Shown piece after piece: positions 12,341-24,470 of a DNA stretch of 64,000 nt. This DNA comes from Podarcis erhardii (lineage: Eukaryota). The translations under genes were made by a program, and so were the position numbers. The DNA lies in NCBI GenBank assembly GCA_964252035.1, contig OZ176209.1. One strand, 5' to 3'. The notes under the pieces are model-generated. The model was given only the letters and a program-made list of their open reading frames with translations. It did not search any database and had not been told where the DNA came from. Each line of letters begins with the position of its first letter. Position 1 is the first letter of the stretch.

Positions 12341-12930
12341 TGTACAGTATCGTCAAATCTTGGGTGAGCACCTCCTTCCCTCAGCCAGGGCATTGAAAAT
12401 GGGTCGAGGATGGGTATTCCAGCATGACAATGACCCAAAACACACGGCCAAGGCAACAAAGGAGTGGCTCAAGAAGAAGCATATTAAGGTCCTGGAGTGG
12501 CCTAGCCAGTCTCCAGACCTTAATCCCATCAAAAATCTGTGGAGGGAGCTGAAGGTTCGAGTAGCTACACATCAGTCTCAAACTCTTACTGACTTGGAGA
12601 GGATCTGCAAAGAGGAGTGGGACAAAATACCTCCTGAGATGTGTGCAAACCTGGTGGCCACCTACAAGAAACGTCTGACCTCTGTAATTGCCAACAAGGG
12701 TTTTGCCACCAAGTACTAAGTCATCTTTTGCAAAGGGATCAAATACTTATTTCACTCGTTATAATGTACATCAATCTCTGACTTTTGTCTTCTGGGTTTC
12801 TGGGGGTTTTCCTGTTGTTATTCTGTCTCTCGCAGCTACAATAAACCTACCATTAAAATTATGGACTGGTCATTTCTTCGTCAGAGGGCAAACGGGCAAA
12901 TTTAGCAAGGGGATCAAATATTTCCCCCCC
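12341..12930 (+). mobile_element. Tc1-family (DD34E) transposon, 5'-truncated: transposase C-terminus plus 3' IR/DR
   Basis: FQHDNDPKH...SPDLNPI(K)NLW with 34-residue spacing; stop at 12719; repeated GGGATCAAATA motifs near 12735 and 12910. Confidence 0.92.
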
Positions 12931-13976
12931 CAAAAAAACTCCATAATTGGTACTGTCAACTATTCAGGCAACTATGAAGCTGAGGAAGTTCAGATGTCAT
13001 GATATTATGTAAGGTGACCATTACTTATGGTGACTTGGGTAAACCACAATGAGCTCTTCCTCCTCATTCCTCCATCCTTATAGCTATGAAGAAATTGGAA
13101 TATTTCGCTTCCATTTTTTAATGAAGCACAGTTTTATTAACCACCATAAACTATGACTAATTTTAACTATGGTTTGTTGAAACAAGCCAGCTTCATAACT
13201 CACTGCTGGATTCAGATAAAATCCCAAACTGTAGTTAATCAAAAAGAGAAGCAAAAACTCCTGTTTCCTTCTCATGACTATGCTGGAGGAAGTCACTGTG
13301 ACTTGCTCCCATCACAAGAAACTATGGCTTATGCCCAAACCAGTTCACTGTTGGATATGGAAGAACACAGTTCTGCATTCATAGATCTTTGCCACTACGC
13401 CAAGAGCAATCCTTGTGGGCTGCTGGAGCCAGCTGTAAGCATACGGCATACATTTCAAAAGCTATTCCAAGAAATTAAATCCCGCTGGAAATATGGACAT
13501 TTAAAGGGCAGTGAACTGCAAAAGACATAGCTGCTAGACTGCATAATTCATCTCCAGTTTTAAGGAGACTCAGAATTAATACCGCAAAGTAATCTTTAAG
13601 ATTTTTTAAAAAACCAGCCTTGTTTCTGATCCCCTTCATTCCCTGTTTTAAGCCAGATGGAATCCTTCCTACAGTACATTTCAAGCAGCATATTATTAAA
13701 ATATATGCAGACAGTCACGTGGCAAAGTTCTGCCTGTCACCCACTCTTCAGTTTAGGCTGCTCTGCCGAAAACAAGAGAAATAGCAGTTTTAAAAGATCA
13801 GAGGGATGATGTTAACAACACTTAGCTTGCTCACTCGCCCTTAGCATTGCCATCTGAACATCAGTTCTACAAATCCCAGAGCCCTCTGAAAAGCAGAATG
13901 TTGCCTTGTTGTGCTTTTTCCTGGGTTCATGTCAATTTCAACAGGCAGCACATGGCTTGCTTGGGTTCCCCTTTAC

Positions 13977-14060
13977 CTGCTCAAGCATAAGTTCCCTCAA
14001 GCATGCGATCTTCTCTCCATCCTCTGGGTGGTTCAAGATATATTCCTTCACAAAGAATGC
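13977..14060 (-). CDS. DOCK4: DOCK4 DHR2 exon (AFFVKEYILNHPEDGEKIACLRELMLEQ)
   Basis: gctcag/gtaaag; 84 nt, phase 0. Confidence 0.95.
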
Positions 14061-14598
14061 CTGAGCAGAATATAATTGGAGCACAGGGTCTACATGTTAG
14101 TTCAAAGTACATCGTGTTTACAAGAGTTTCCATCCAAACCCAGTCCTCCTGACAGCAGCCTGCCATCTCCTTAAACTGCATTTCAGCTCAAAAGAGGAAG
14201 GCAGGTTCACGGTCAGTTCATTTCAACGGTAATACATGTTTGCAAGGTATTATTGTTTCCGTGCTGTGACTCACTCACTTCTACATCTAACGGTGCATAA
14301 GCAGCTGCCTGTCACCTTAAACCAAGGTTCTCTGATGAACATTGCCTTAATAAAATGTGTCAATTTCCATTCCGTGTTAATCAGCATGTCTGCAAAACCA
14401 AGGAAGGGTCCTGCAGCACTTTAAAGTTGAACACATTTATTATGGCACAAGGTTTTGTGGTTTTAATAAATTGCTGGTAACTGTCATATGGGTTGCATCC
14501 AACTGAGTTTTTCTTAGAGCAGGCACATTGAATTTAATGATCTTGATGTATCTATTTATTTCAATAGGACTTCTCTGAGTATGACTGTTTATCTAGAT

Positions 14599-14998
14599 CA
14601 GGGGTAGGCAACCTAAGGCCCGTGGGCCGGATACGGCCCAATCACCTTCTCAATCCGGCCCACGGACGGTCTGGAAATCAGTGTGTTTTTACATGAGTAG
14701 AATGTGTCCTTTTATTTAAAATGCATCTCTGGGTTATTTGTGGGGGCTGCCTGGTGTTTTTACATGAGTAGAATGTATGCTTTTATTTAAAATGCATCTC
14801 TGGGTTATTTGTGTGGCATAGGAATTCATTCAATTCCCCCCCCCAAAAAAAAAATATAAAATGCATCTCTGGCTTATTTGTGGGGCATAGGAATTCATTC
14901 AATTCCCCCCCCCCCAAAAAAAAATATATAGTCTGGCTCACCACATGGTCTGAGGGATGATGGACCAGCACACAGGTGAAAAAGATTGCTGACCCCTG
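14599..14998. mobile_element. hAT (Charlie-like) MITE with 8-bp TSD
   Basis: Ends CAGGGGTAGGCAA / TTGCTGACCCCTG; TSD ATCTAGAT at 14591-14598 and 14999-15006; internal tandem duplications. Confidence 0.88.
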
Positions 14999-15218
14999 AT
15001 CTAGATACAGTCCCCAAGTACTGGGATTGTATCTGGGAAGAAGGGCTGGATAAAATGGTATCTCAGCCTACATAGTCAATCAGATTTCTAAACAGTCCCA
15101 ATTAGTGTGACAGATAGGATTAAGTTCAATATTATTATATAGCTAAGTAAGGTGGAGCAGAGGGGTTTTAAATAAGAATACACCTTAACCCCCAGCACTT
15201 TAGGTAAGAAGGACGTAC

Positions 15219-15395
15219 CTCTTGGTACCTGGTGACTCCACCATTCACTGCTGCATCAATGACCCCATTCAAACACATTGTGAGGGGGTTGATGTTCTGC
15301 ATCTGTCGAGTCTGACACTGACTGATCAGTGTCCTCAGCTGTTGGTTTTTATTTTCCAGCACTTCAATAGCATTCTCCAAGGGGCTCATTTCCAC
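15219..15395 (-). CDS. DOCK4: DOCK4 DHR2 exon with nucleotide-sensor motif (VEMSPLENAIEVLENKNQQ...GVIDAAVNGGVTRYQE)
   Basis: tttcag/gtacgt; 177 nt, phase 0; QCQTRQMQNINPLTMCL fits DOCK4 rather than DOCK3 (recalled). Confidence 0.97.
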
Positions 15396-15924
15396 CTGAA
15401 AACCATCAACAGCAATGCATCTGCTTATTTGACACAGACTTAGCAGCTCCTTTGCAACTGCCGACAGCTTTGACAACCTCATCTCTGATGTGCTATTCTG
15501 ACTGAAGAGAAATTAAGCACCACCCCACTTCCAAGTGATGTTCTGGGAAGCTTGAGGATATGTAGAGTGTCGGGTGAAATCTGTGACCAAACTTACAAGA
15601 GGTGTTAAAGCTACTATCTAGTGCTATTTATTTAGCCCTGCACCTCAGCTAAAAGTAGCATGGAAGAGATATCATAACTATACATGCCATGTATTTGTTG
15701 TAGTGGTTTAGAAGTAAATCTTTATGCGCAATGACTATAGCTATAAGATTTCTATATTTACATTTCTGTTAAATGCACTTGGTTAATGTTTATTCACATT
15801 CAGAAATAATTATATAACAATCTCTTTATTTCTCCCTCTCTCTGTCTCTTTCATGGGATGAGCTTCTATCCAGTTTTAGCAGTTCCCAGGATACGGTCCC
15901 AGAGCATTGTGTACCCAAAGCAGA

Positions 15925-15995
15925 TATGACCACCATTTTGCTTAAATTAAGCAGATCTGATCAGTGCCTACATGGGAGACCTTCTGGGGACCACA
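15925..15995 (+). mobile_element. Possible degenerate 5S rRNA-derived SINE remnant
   Basis: ttaagcagatctgatcagtgcctacatgggagaccttctgggga resembles the 5S internal control region. Confidence 0.3.
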
Positions 15996-16263
15996 TTTAT
16001 GTCATTTTGGGTTTGATGGGTGAAGAGGAGTGGAATATAAATGGAAGAAAAGAAATAATTTCTGCACTGAGTTCGTTCACTCCCCACCCCCAAATACCAC
16101 ACCATACCATACCATTTCATTTGCTATTTGTTATTATCTAACTAATTTAATTTACAACAGTGCCAGAGGAGGATGGTCAACTAGATAGGAGGGATAATTT
16201 TATTTGGCCAGTAAATAAACCAATCTAATTTGCACTGAGTGGACTAATACACAGACTGGAAAG

Positions 16264-16690
16264 TACTTTTCTGTTTCTAAGACTTGGTTTTTTTCTTTTA
16301 AAATTATGCTAAAAAGTGGGGGTTGTCTTATACATGGATAGCGCATAGGGTAGACATTTAATTGGTTGCTACCATGGCAGTCAGTGACTATTGGGTGTGG
16401 TATTGGATCCTGCATCAAAGGCTGGTGTTGATTGGCTGATGTTGTGGCAATTGGGTGGGCAATTTGCAGCTTCTGGTGGCAAGGGGTCAGAGAAGCAAAT
16501 TTAGCACCGCATGCAGGAGAGCAATTTTTTTGGGGGGGAACCCAAAAAAGCTCAACAACCCTGTGCAATCCCCCCCAAAATCTCAACAACTCTGAGGCCT
16601 CCCTCCCCCCCCCCATTTTCTTAAATTTGAGTTCCCAAATATAGGGGGTGTCATATACATGGGGGCGTCTTATACACGGAAAAATACGGT
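16264..16690. mobile_element. TcMar-Tc2-like non-autonomous element, degenerate left end
   Basis: Right end gcgtcttatacacggaaaaatacggTA; internal gtcttatacatgg repeats. Confidence 0.6.
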
Positions 16691-16825
16691 AATTGTTCTT
16701 CAGATTTTCCTCTTTGAATTGTTGTCACATAGTTCTTTGCTCACAAATGTGCCTAAAGCATATTTTCTTTGAGATAAAACGCATTTGCACTGATATAAAA
16801 TATGCATCTAAACACTTATCCTGTG

Positions 16826-16827
16826 AG

Positions 16828-16867
<40 letters not shown>

Positions 16868-17330
16868 CCTTTATTGTCACTACACCACCTGTGTGCAGTG
16901 AAATTAAACAAGCCCCGCCCCCAAAACATTCAGTCTTGTTCCTGCTCTGTGTGCTTGTCAGAAGTCAATTACACCACTATTTTTTCCCATTCAGCAGCCT
17001 AACAGCCACGGATAAAAACTGTTCTTTAACCTGTTGGTGCGGCTGACTATACTTCTGTATCTCCTGCCTGAAGGTAGGAGATTAAAGAAGTGCTGGCCAG
17101 GGTGTGAGTCATCCCTAAGAATTTTCCTTGCTCTCCTGAGGGAGCGGTCTCCTGCGATGCCATCTAGCAAACTCAGAGGACAGCCCATGATGTCATGTGC
17201 TGTATTCACCACCCTCTGTAAGGACTTCCTGTCTGTGGCTGTCAAACCAGCATACCACACTGTTATACAGTATGAAAGGACACTTTCTATTGTGGCCCGG
17301 TAGAAGGAGATCATCAATACCGATGAAAGT
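16826..17330 (-). mobile_element. Rex1/Babar non-LTR retrotransposon 3' fragment with (TTA)n tail
   Basis: FYRATIESVLSYCITVWY...HPGQHFFNLLPSGRRYRS...RLKNSFYP is the typical Rex1 C-terminus; (AAT)n at 16830-16866. Confidence 0.9.
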
Positions 17331-17484
17331 AACTTGTTTTTTAAATAATAAATAAATCACAGATGAATATAGAAACCGGACAGAATTAACACGTACAAAA
17401 TTCGCATGGAGGGGCTATAGACTGATACATCTAGCACTATGGTCAGGACCCAAAATGACGAGGGTAAATTCAATCCATACTCAC

Positions 17485-17571
17485 TACTTCGCGTTTCTCC
17501 ACTTCAAACCAACGTGAAATCCCAGGCAAGCTCTGCACCAAGATCAGTGTGGTTCTCTCCACCCACAAACT
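17485..17571 (-). CDS. DOCK4: DOCK4 DHR2 exon (SLWVERTTLILVQSLPGISRWFEVEKREV)
   Basis: tttcag/gtgagt; 87 nt, phase 0. Confidence 0.96.
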
Positions 17572-17997
17572 CTGAAACAAAGGAACGTTAATTACACAGC
17601 AGCCCAAATTCCTTACCCGCTATTCTGTGGGTGGGTGGAGGACAGGTGCTACGCTACCCAGCCTGGACCTAAATCTGCTGGTCTCTGCTGCCAGCAGAGG
17701 AGCCCCGCCAACAAGGGGCACTCCAAAGCATTAGCCCAAGTGGTGGGCAGAAGAGACCATGGGTGGTTCCCCTGCCAGAAACAGCCAGCAGAACCCTCCA
17801 CCCCACCCCAAAAAATGGGTTGGGGAAGTACATGGCTGGGCCAGCACAGGATATGCTGGATCCTGAAGTAGATCTGCTACCACAGCACATGATGGCAGTG
17901 GGCCTGATTCAGACCTCTCTATTGCACCCAGTCTGGAAGGTGACATAGCATTTCCCGCTTGGCCCTTCCTTTCCACCTGTGCAGCATGAATAGAAAA

Positions 17998-18609
17998 GGA
18001 CGCGGGTGGTGCTGTGGGTTAAACCACAGAGCCTAGGACTTGCCGATCAGAAGAAGAAGAAGAAGAAGAAGAAGAGTTTGGATTTGATATCCCGCCTTTC
18101 ACTCCCCTTCAGGAGTCTCAAAGCGGCTAACAATCTCCTTTCCCTTCCTCCCCCACAACAAACACTCTGTGAGGTGAGTGGGGCTGAGAGACTTCAGAGA
18201 AGTGTGACTGGCCCAAGGTCACCCAGCAGCTGCATGTGGAGGAGCGGAGACTCGAACTCGGTTCCCCAGATTACAAGACTACCGCTCTTAACCACTACAC
18301 CACACTGGCACCACACTGGTTGGCGGTTCGAATCCCCATGATGGGGTCAGCTCCCATTGCTCAGTCCCTGCTCCTGCCAACCTAGCAGTTCGAAAACACG
18401 TCAAAGTGCAAGTAGATAAATAGGTACCGCTCCGGCGGGAAGGTAAACGGCATTTCCATGCGCTGCTCTGGTTCGCCAGAAGCAGCTTGGTCATGCTGGC
18501 CACATGACCTGGAAGATGTACGCCGGCTCCCTCGGGCGAGATGAGCGCTGCAACCCGAGTCAGTCACAACTGGACCTAATGGTCAGGGGTCCCTTTACCT
18601 TTACTTTAC
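17998..18609 (+). mobile_element. Sauria SINE interrupted by a second SINE
   Basis: Head 17998-18053, resumes at about 18319 (gttggcggttcgaatcccc) to the cctttacctttac tail. Confidence 0.9.
18051..18318 (-). mobile_element. Squam3-like (MIR/Ther1-related) SINE nested in the Sauria SINE
   Basis: rc head gccagtgtggtgtagtggttaagagc, core gtgaccttgggccagtcac, (TTC)n tail. Confidence 0.85.
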
Positions 18610-18964
18610 ATCAGTGACTCCATTAAACTCTGTCACCGCTAGCCAGGGGATTGGGTTTTTCTCTTCTTAATCAGACTGCTTCCATTAGCAGCACTAATCC
18701 CATTCGGGGGGGGTCTCCTTTTACTGAATTTGTTGCCACTTCACGGCATATTAGTTTCCCATCCACAGGTCAACCGACATATGTAGAGAAACTAACACCC
18801 TAAAGTCCTCTACAATTTAGGTCCAACCATCAGACAATCGGAAGAATGCGCATGGCTCTTTTCAAGTTTATCTAGGCAAATATTGCAACAGGAGCTTTGC
18901 TGAGACATGGTATAGGAAAGGGGGTATAAAACAAGGCTCTTGCTTCTTATACTAAGAGGAGGAG

Positions 18965-19190
18965 GACGTGAAGCGTGTTGAACTAGAGCCTGGGAAAACA
19001 GGGGTTAAATCCCCACTCAGCCCTGGAAATTGGTCAGGAGTCAAAATCCTCATATGGCCATGAAGCTGACTGGGTGATCTTAGGCCAGTCACCAACCTTC
19101 CTCACAGGATTGAAATGGAGCTGAAGTGGGTAGCCATATGCACCACCTCAAGCTCCTTGGATAAAAGTTAGAATATAAATGCAAAAACAA
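18965..19190 (+). mobile_element. Older MIR/Squam3-like SINE
   Basis: gggttaaatccccactcagcc...gctgactgggtgatcttaggccagtcac...cctcacagg core. Confidence 0.55.
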
Positions 19191-19345
19191 ATTGATAATA
19201 GGTTTTTTTCCCCAGAATAAATTGATAATAGGTAATTTTAATAATAATAGCTCATTGATAATAGGTCATTGATAATAGGCATTGGAAGGACAGAGGTAAT
19301 TGATAATAGGTAATTGATAATTGATAAATAAATTGATAATAGGTT
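19190..19345. repeat. Irregular minisatellite of ATTGATAATAGG
   Basis: About seven copies with variable spacers. Confidence 0.8.
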
Positions 19346-20362
19346 CCCCCCCCCAGAAGTATGTAGGAAGAGAAAATATTCAGCCAATGTTATCTGGTCT
19401 GCATTTATTTCATAAAATTTTATATATTGTTTGACTGTAAACAGTAAACAAAAAAGAACCCTCAAAGCAGTTTATAGAAAGTTATCCTTGGATTCTCATC
19501 AGTAATTGATGCAAACCAAAAAATATAATGGGAAGTTTATATTTATGAGTGAAAAATCTCACACCGGATACAATGCAGGGGGGAAAAAGTTCTGTATACC
19601 AAGGAGGCTTTGAATTTGAAAACATACACACACACATAGGGGGCATTTCAAAAGGCAACTGTTTGGGTTTTTAAAAGCCACATGCAAGATGTCCATAAAC
19701 ATTAATTTCAGAAAAGCCCACAACTATAAATTTTTCTTTCATCCACAATCAACCTACGAGTCATCCTCGTCCCTCCACCACTGCTTTTCTCCTAATAGCC
19801 AACCCATCCCCGCCAAATGGAACATCAAATTTCAGGGAAAATTGGATAATAATAACAACCAGAAATCCACAGACCAAAATGAAAAGAAAGAAAAAGAGGA
19901 AAGAGCAGAAGGAGGAAATAAAACAAATTGAACCCCAGCCATACAAAGATGAAATCAATTGCTGTACATTTTCCAATAAACTAACGGTTTTGATAAACTT
20001 GAAATAGCTCAAGGAATCCCTGCCAAATATTTTGAAACTTTTCCAGAGTTTCTAAATAGGTTATTCTCTCTTTTGCAGCTATGTCAATTAGACATAAATC
20101 TCCAGGCCTCACTGCCTTCCAGAACAGCAGGATTAATTATCTGGTGACAATTGCTGCACAGTACAAACCAATCTTTCTGATATTTGTTTAGCCTCATATC
20201 TGTGGTATGTACTCTGGAAGTACGTGGGCAGAGTATGAAATGGCCTATGTAGCGCCATGAGAATTGGGGCCAACACTTCATTCCAGAAAGGCGGTAGGAA
20301 TTAAAAACAACCTGAGCATGCCCAACCAATTAAAATCAACCAGAACTGAAGAAACATCATAC

Positions 20363-20529
20363 CTTGAATTCATTGTCCTTGTCTTTGGTCCCTTTGTGGA
20401 ATGGCCTATCATATCGGAATCGCCAGATGTGATTCACTTTATAAAAACTTTTGATGTTATCTGGAATGCCTTCTCTTTGCAGCACTTCCTGGCTTTCTGG
20501 AATTGGTGTCACCGCATAAATTTGCAGGT
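20363..20529 (-). CDS. DOCK4: DOCK4 DHR2 exon (LQIYAVTPIPESQEVLQREGIPDNIKSFYKVNHIWRFRYDRPFHKGTKDKDNEFK)
   Basis: acatag/gtatga; 167 nt, phase 1 to 0; inside ORF 20357-20713. Confidence 0.96.
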
Positions 20530-21588
20530 CTATGTGTAACGTATTAAGGTCAAAGCCAACTTTCCAACCAGCAAAGCTAAACAGATGACCCTTTTCACTA
20601 GAAGGAAGGACTCTATAGTACAAACGAAGGTTCGTACAAACGATACGTATTTGCCATTTGAAAACAAAATATAAACGTTGAGCCCTTATTATGATATCAG
20701 AAGCTTCCACCACAAGCCCTCACCCACTTTCCATTCCAAAATTTACCTAATGACAGTGGAGAATGCTCACAATGGAAACGTTTGCAATGAGTCCTAGTGT
20801 TTTGTGGTCACTAGGTAGCACAGGAAATATAGTTCCCATGGTTTTTGTTTAAAGCCCCACCCAGATTCATGAAATGGGTAATGATATCAGTGGAATCAAG
20901 TGTGACTTCCTGTTAATAAAGAATTATAGGAATCCCACGATTCTTCGCGGTCTAGTGCACAAGCAACATAATGAAATAACAGATATTCATAGCTGTGAGT
21001 ATTCTAGTTTGCAAAAGCTTAGATAGGGTCCACAAACAGCGGCACCATGGATTTTTAAATATAACACCACAACTGGGACAACAAAATGGTGCCATATGGA
21101 GTGCTTCTCTCCAGCGTCTCAGTCAACCAGACACAACTTCTTTCAGGATATGCTATTCCATTCCCCTCCCCCAAAATATAATTATGCAGCCACTGAGCAT
21201 GTTTGGTCCCATCAGGCTATGGGAGGGCTGCCCCTTTAGTTTTGCGCTCCTAAATACCTCTCTCTTGTTTCTCTGTCTTGCTCTATCTTGGCAACATGGT
21301 CATCATAACTAATAGAAAAAATGTTCATTTCATCTTCACCAATGCTAACAGTGGTTTTCCTTTGATTACACCAAGGGGTAGGGGGAGCATGCATGCTAAT
21401 AATGAACAGGTGTTCTAACTGCTAGTATATGTGATTTCATTATTTCCATACTTTTGTCAGAAAAAGCCATCCTTTGCACCGGCACTGCTGAAGTGGGCTT
21501 TTGGAGGAATTTCATTCATTTCAACCATGCTACAGGTGAAACTGTGTGCATTAAGGCAGGCAAACTGTACTGTCAACCGAGTGGATAC

Positions 21589-21730
21589 ACTGTGCTTCTG
21601 CTTGAAAGATGGTTTCATCGGGTTGATTGGCATGTTGCATAGCAATGGCATGTGGAAACTCGTTCAGCATCCGCTGTTGAAAAGCCTCCAAACGCTCGTA
21701 GTCATGCCCTCGGCAAACAAATTCTTTGTT
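21589..21730 (-). CDS. DOCK4: DOCK4 DHR2 exon (NKEFVCRGHDYERLEAFQQRMLNEFPHAIAMQHANQPDETIFQAEAQ)
   Basis: cccag/gtatcc; 142 nt, phase 0 to 1; inside ORF 21551-21838. Confidence 0.96.
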
Positions 21731-22127
21731 CTGGGAGGAATAAAAGCAAAGTGAGTTACGTGAAAACAGCAACAACAAAAAAGAGGCTACCATTAGCCAG
21801 TAAGATAATTCACAAAGGTGTTTCCTCCCCACCCCCACTCCAAATTAGAAATAAAAAACACTGAAAGCATTTTCACTGTCATAGTCAAGAAGCTTTGTAA
21901 TTCCCCTTATTCCATTCCCTTTTTGTCAGACTGTGTGTAGTTTTAGTTATTACATGTAATCACACCTTTTGCACCATGTGATATTCTTCGTGATCGTTGC
22001 ATAAGAGAACAGTTCTTAAAAATAAAGATGGTTTTAAGAAGAGAGTGATCTTATTTCCAAACACATAATTTGCAAAAGAAAGCATAAAAACCCGCAACAA
22101 ACTATAAAGATGAAAATATCCAGCGGT

Positions 22128-22320
22128 GCTGTAGAACTGGGGAAGGGATATAGCTCACTGGCAAAGCATCTGTTCTGCATTGTCCCAGGGTTCAACCCCC
22201 ACAACTCCAGGTAGGGCAGGGAATGTTCCATGTCTGAAATCCTGGACAGCTGCTGCAGCTCAGTATAGTCAATTCTGACCAATGGGCTGATTCGGTATAC
22301 AGCAGCTCCATATATTCCTC
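22128..22320 (+). mobile_element. tRNA-derived SINE (different squamate family)
   Basis: ggggaagggatatagctcactggcaaagcatc...ggttcaacccc A/B boxes; related copy at 25047. Confidence 0.7.
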
Positions 22321-22769
22321 AGAGGACTCTTGTTCTTGGAATGATCTCAGTGCATTTGCAGCTTATTTCTCAAGAGTGCCTTGATTTTCGAACTCCTCCC
22401 AAGCCTAACTTGCTTTCCCTCTTTTCAATTGTTTCCCATCTCTTTACCATCGAAATGAAGCAAAACAAAGAAACTCTGTTTTGTAGGTACTGCAAACCCC
22501 TTGAGAAAGAGCCGTAAGAAGATAGGAATGCATCTGGGTTAGTTTTCAAGACTAAAAATAACCTCTTAGAGCACTGTGGATATTTTATCTCGTTTTCATT
22601 GTAGACTGCTGTTCATGTTTCTAAACTATAAAGGCAAGCCAGACCAGTCGTATATCCCTTATGGGAAATGTATCTTATTTTTCTTTATCAGGGCCTTTAC
22701 TCAAAGTGCAAAAGAAGCCCCTCACAAACTGCACAAAGTAAACAACAGCAGCAACAGCAACAATACTCC

Positions 22770-22890
22770 ACCCATCTGACTGGGTTGCACCAGCCACTCT
22801 GGGCAGCTTCCGACATATATAAAAACAAAATAAGACACGAAACATTAAAAAGCTTCCCTATAGCGGGCTGCCGTCAGATGTCTTCTAAAG
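22770..22890 (-). mobile_element. L2 3' tail remnant
   Basis: ccatctgactgggtt...ccactctgggcagcttcc...gctgccgtcagatgtcttctaaa shared with other L2 copies. Confidence 0.7.
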
Positions 22891-24254
22891 GTTATATAGT
22901 TACTCATCTCCTTGACAGTAAGACAGTGCATTGGGTTTTAAGGATAGGAAGAGGTCACCACTACTGAGCAGTGATCTGAAGTTATGGGGGGAAGCTCCCC
23001 ATGTCTTTGAAGGCAAAACATATGGGGCAGCAGTGGAGGCACCAAAGGCAGGAGATGGACATATCTACACGGTGCTAAGTCCACAATGGGTTTTCCTAGG
23101 TAGTCAGTGGCTGTGCATCTGCAGTGCTAAATTCAGCAGTCCCCTTGCTTCTACCATGGACCCATGACTCTGCTCTTAAGAGTCTTTTCCTTCAGTTGCC
23201 ACTCGCTGGCAACAGCCTTTTCTAATGCCTTTCTAGCCATTGTGCCAGATCAGCAGCCACTGCTGGCGCTAGGATCATGAATGGCTCAATAGTTGTGCTA
23301 CTGATACTAAAAGATCTCTTTCCACTCCAGTTCCCTGTATCTCAGATCAGTAATGCTCCACTTGCACAAGAACCTCACTAATTCTATATATGACATAATT
23401 TCCCTACGTTCAGTGTGTTGTAAATAATATATGCCTTTGGCACTTCCTTTTATATATTTTTTTTTTCTCGTAGCAAAGCAATCCACTGGGTTTCTCCCCA
23501 TACATCTTTATGGTGGTTCTCTAGGATTTGATGATACAATTATCTTGAAAACCACCAGACACAAACAATTACCAACTTGACAACTATAGGAGCATGAACC
23601 GCGTAGAATTCTTATTATTTACAATCGAAACACTTCACGTTGCTATGGGAGCCGAAAAGATTCCTTGAAGGAGATAAAAATACCACACCTCGAGTAAACC
23701 TTGTATTCCTGGAATGGTTTACAAAAGGATTCAGAAATTGGCATTGATCTAAACGTTTGTGTTTGAGGGGCCCTGTAAATTGCTGCAGATGTAATCACTC
23801 TGCAAGATTATTACTATTGTTCTCTTTATCACTATTCTTTCATTACTCCCCTGCCTCATATACCTCAAGGGTCTCGAGGCAACTTACATCAGTAAAACAG
23901 AACATAGGAAAACATGTACAATAAGACACAAAATTATTAATTGTGCACGAATATCCAAACATTAAAATCTCCAGTTTCTAGCCTACTTACACTATGCTCC
24001 ACCATTAAGACAACCAGCTAAAGAATAACTATGAAATTTCAGCAGCAGAAAAAGCATCAACCATCAAACACCTGGGAGTAAAGCAAAGTCTTGGCATGGG
24101 ACCAAAAAGATGACCATGTTTGCACCAGACAGGCTATCCTGGAGAGAGAAGTTCACAGCTGGTGGACCACTCCTGACAAGTTCCTTTGTCCAGTCGCCAC
24201 CCTCTGTACTTTTGCTGCAGGGGCCACTGAGAGGAGGGCCTCTGATGATGACCC

Positions 24255-24470
24255 GAGGGTAAAGGCAGGTTCATCTGGAGAGAGACATTCTGGAAAGTAA
24301 TGAGGCCTTGAGCCGTGGAAGGCTTCGTAGGACAAACCCAGCACTTCCAACTGTGCCCAGAAATGTACTGAAAGACAGTGAAGTCACGCTAGAACCGGTG
24401 TTATGATTTCTAACCATCTGAGCCCCATTAGCAATCTGGATGCAGGATTATGCTTCTTTAGTCACATTTG
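24255..24470 (-). mobile_element. Degenerate L2 fragment
   Basis: Similar to 45250-45450 (aaggcttcgtaggacaaacccagcacttccaactgtgcccagaaatgtactg). Confidence 0.65.

Noticed and set aside
15168-15482. Assignment to DOCK3 or another DOCK paralog
   Set aside because: Diagnostic residues (EMSPLENAIEVLENKNQQ, QTRQMQNINPLTMC) and the C-terminal tail match recalled DOCK4
7712-24260. Other CTGANGA motifs (about 7712, 8878, 24242) as hammerheads
   Set aside because: No stem II plus GAAA and no stem I pairing
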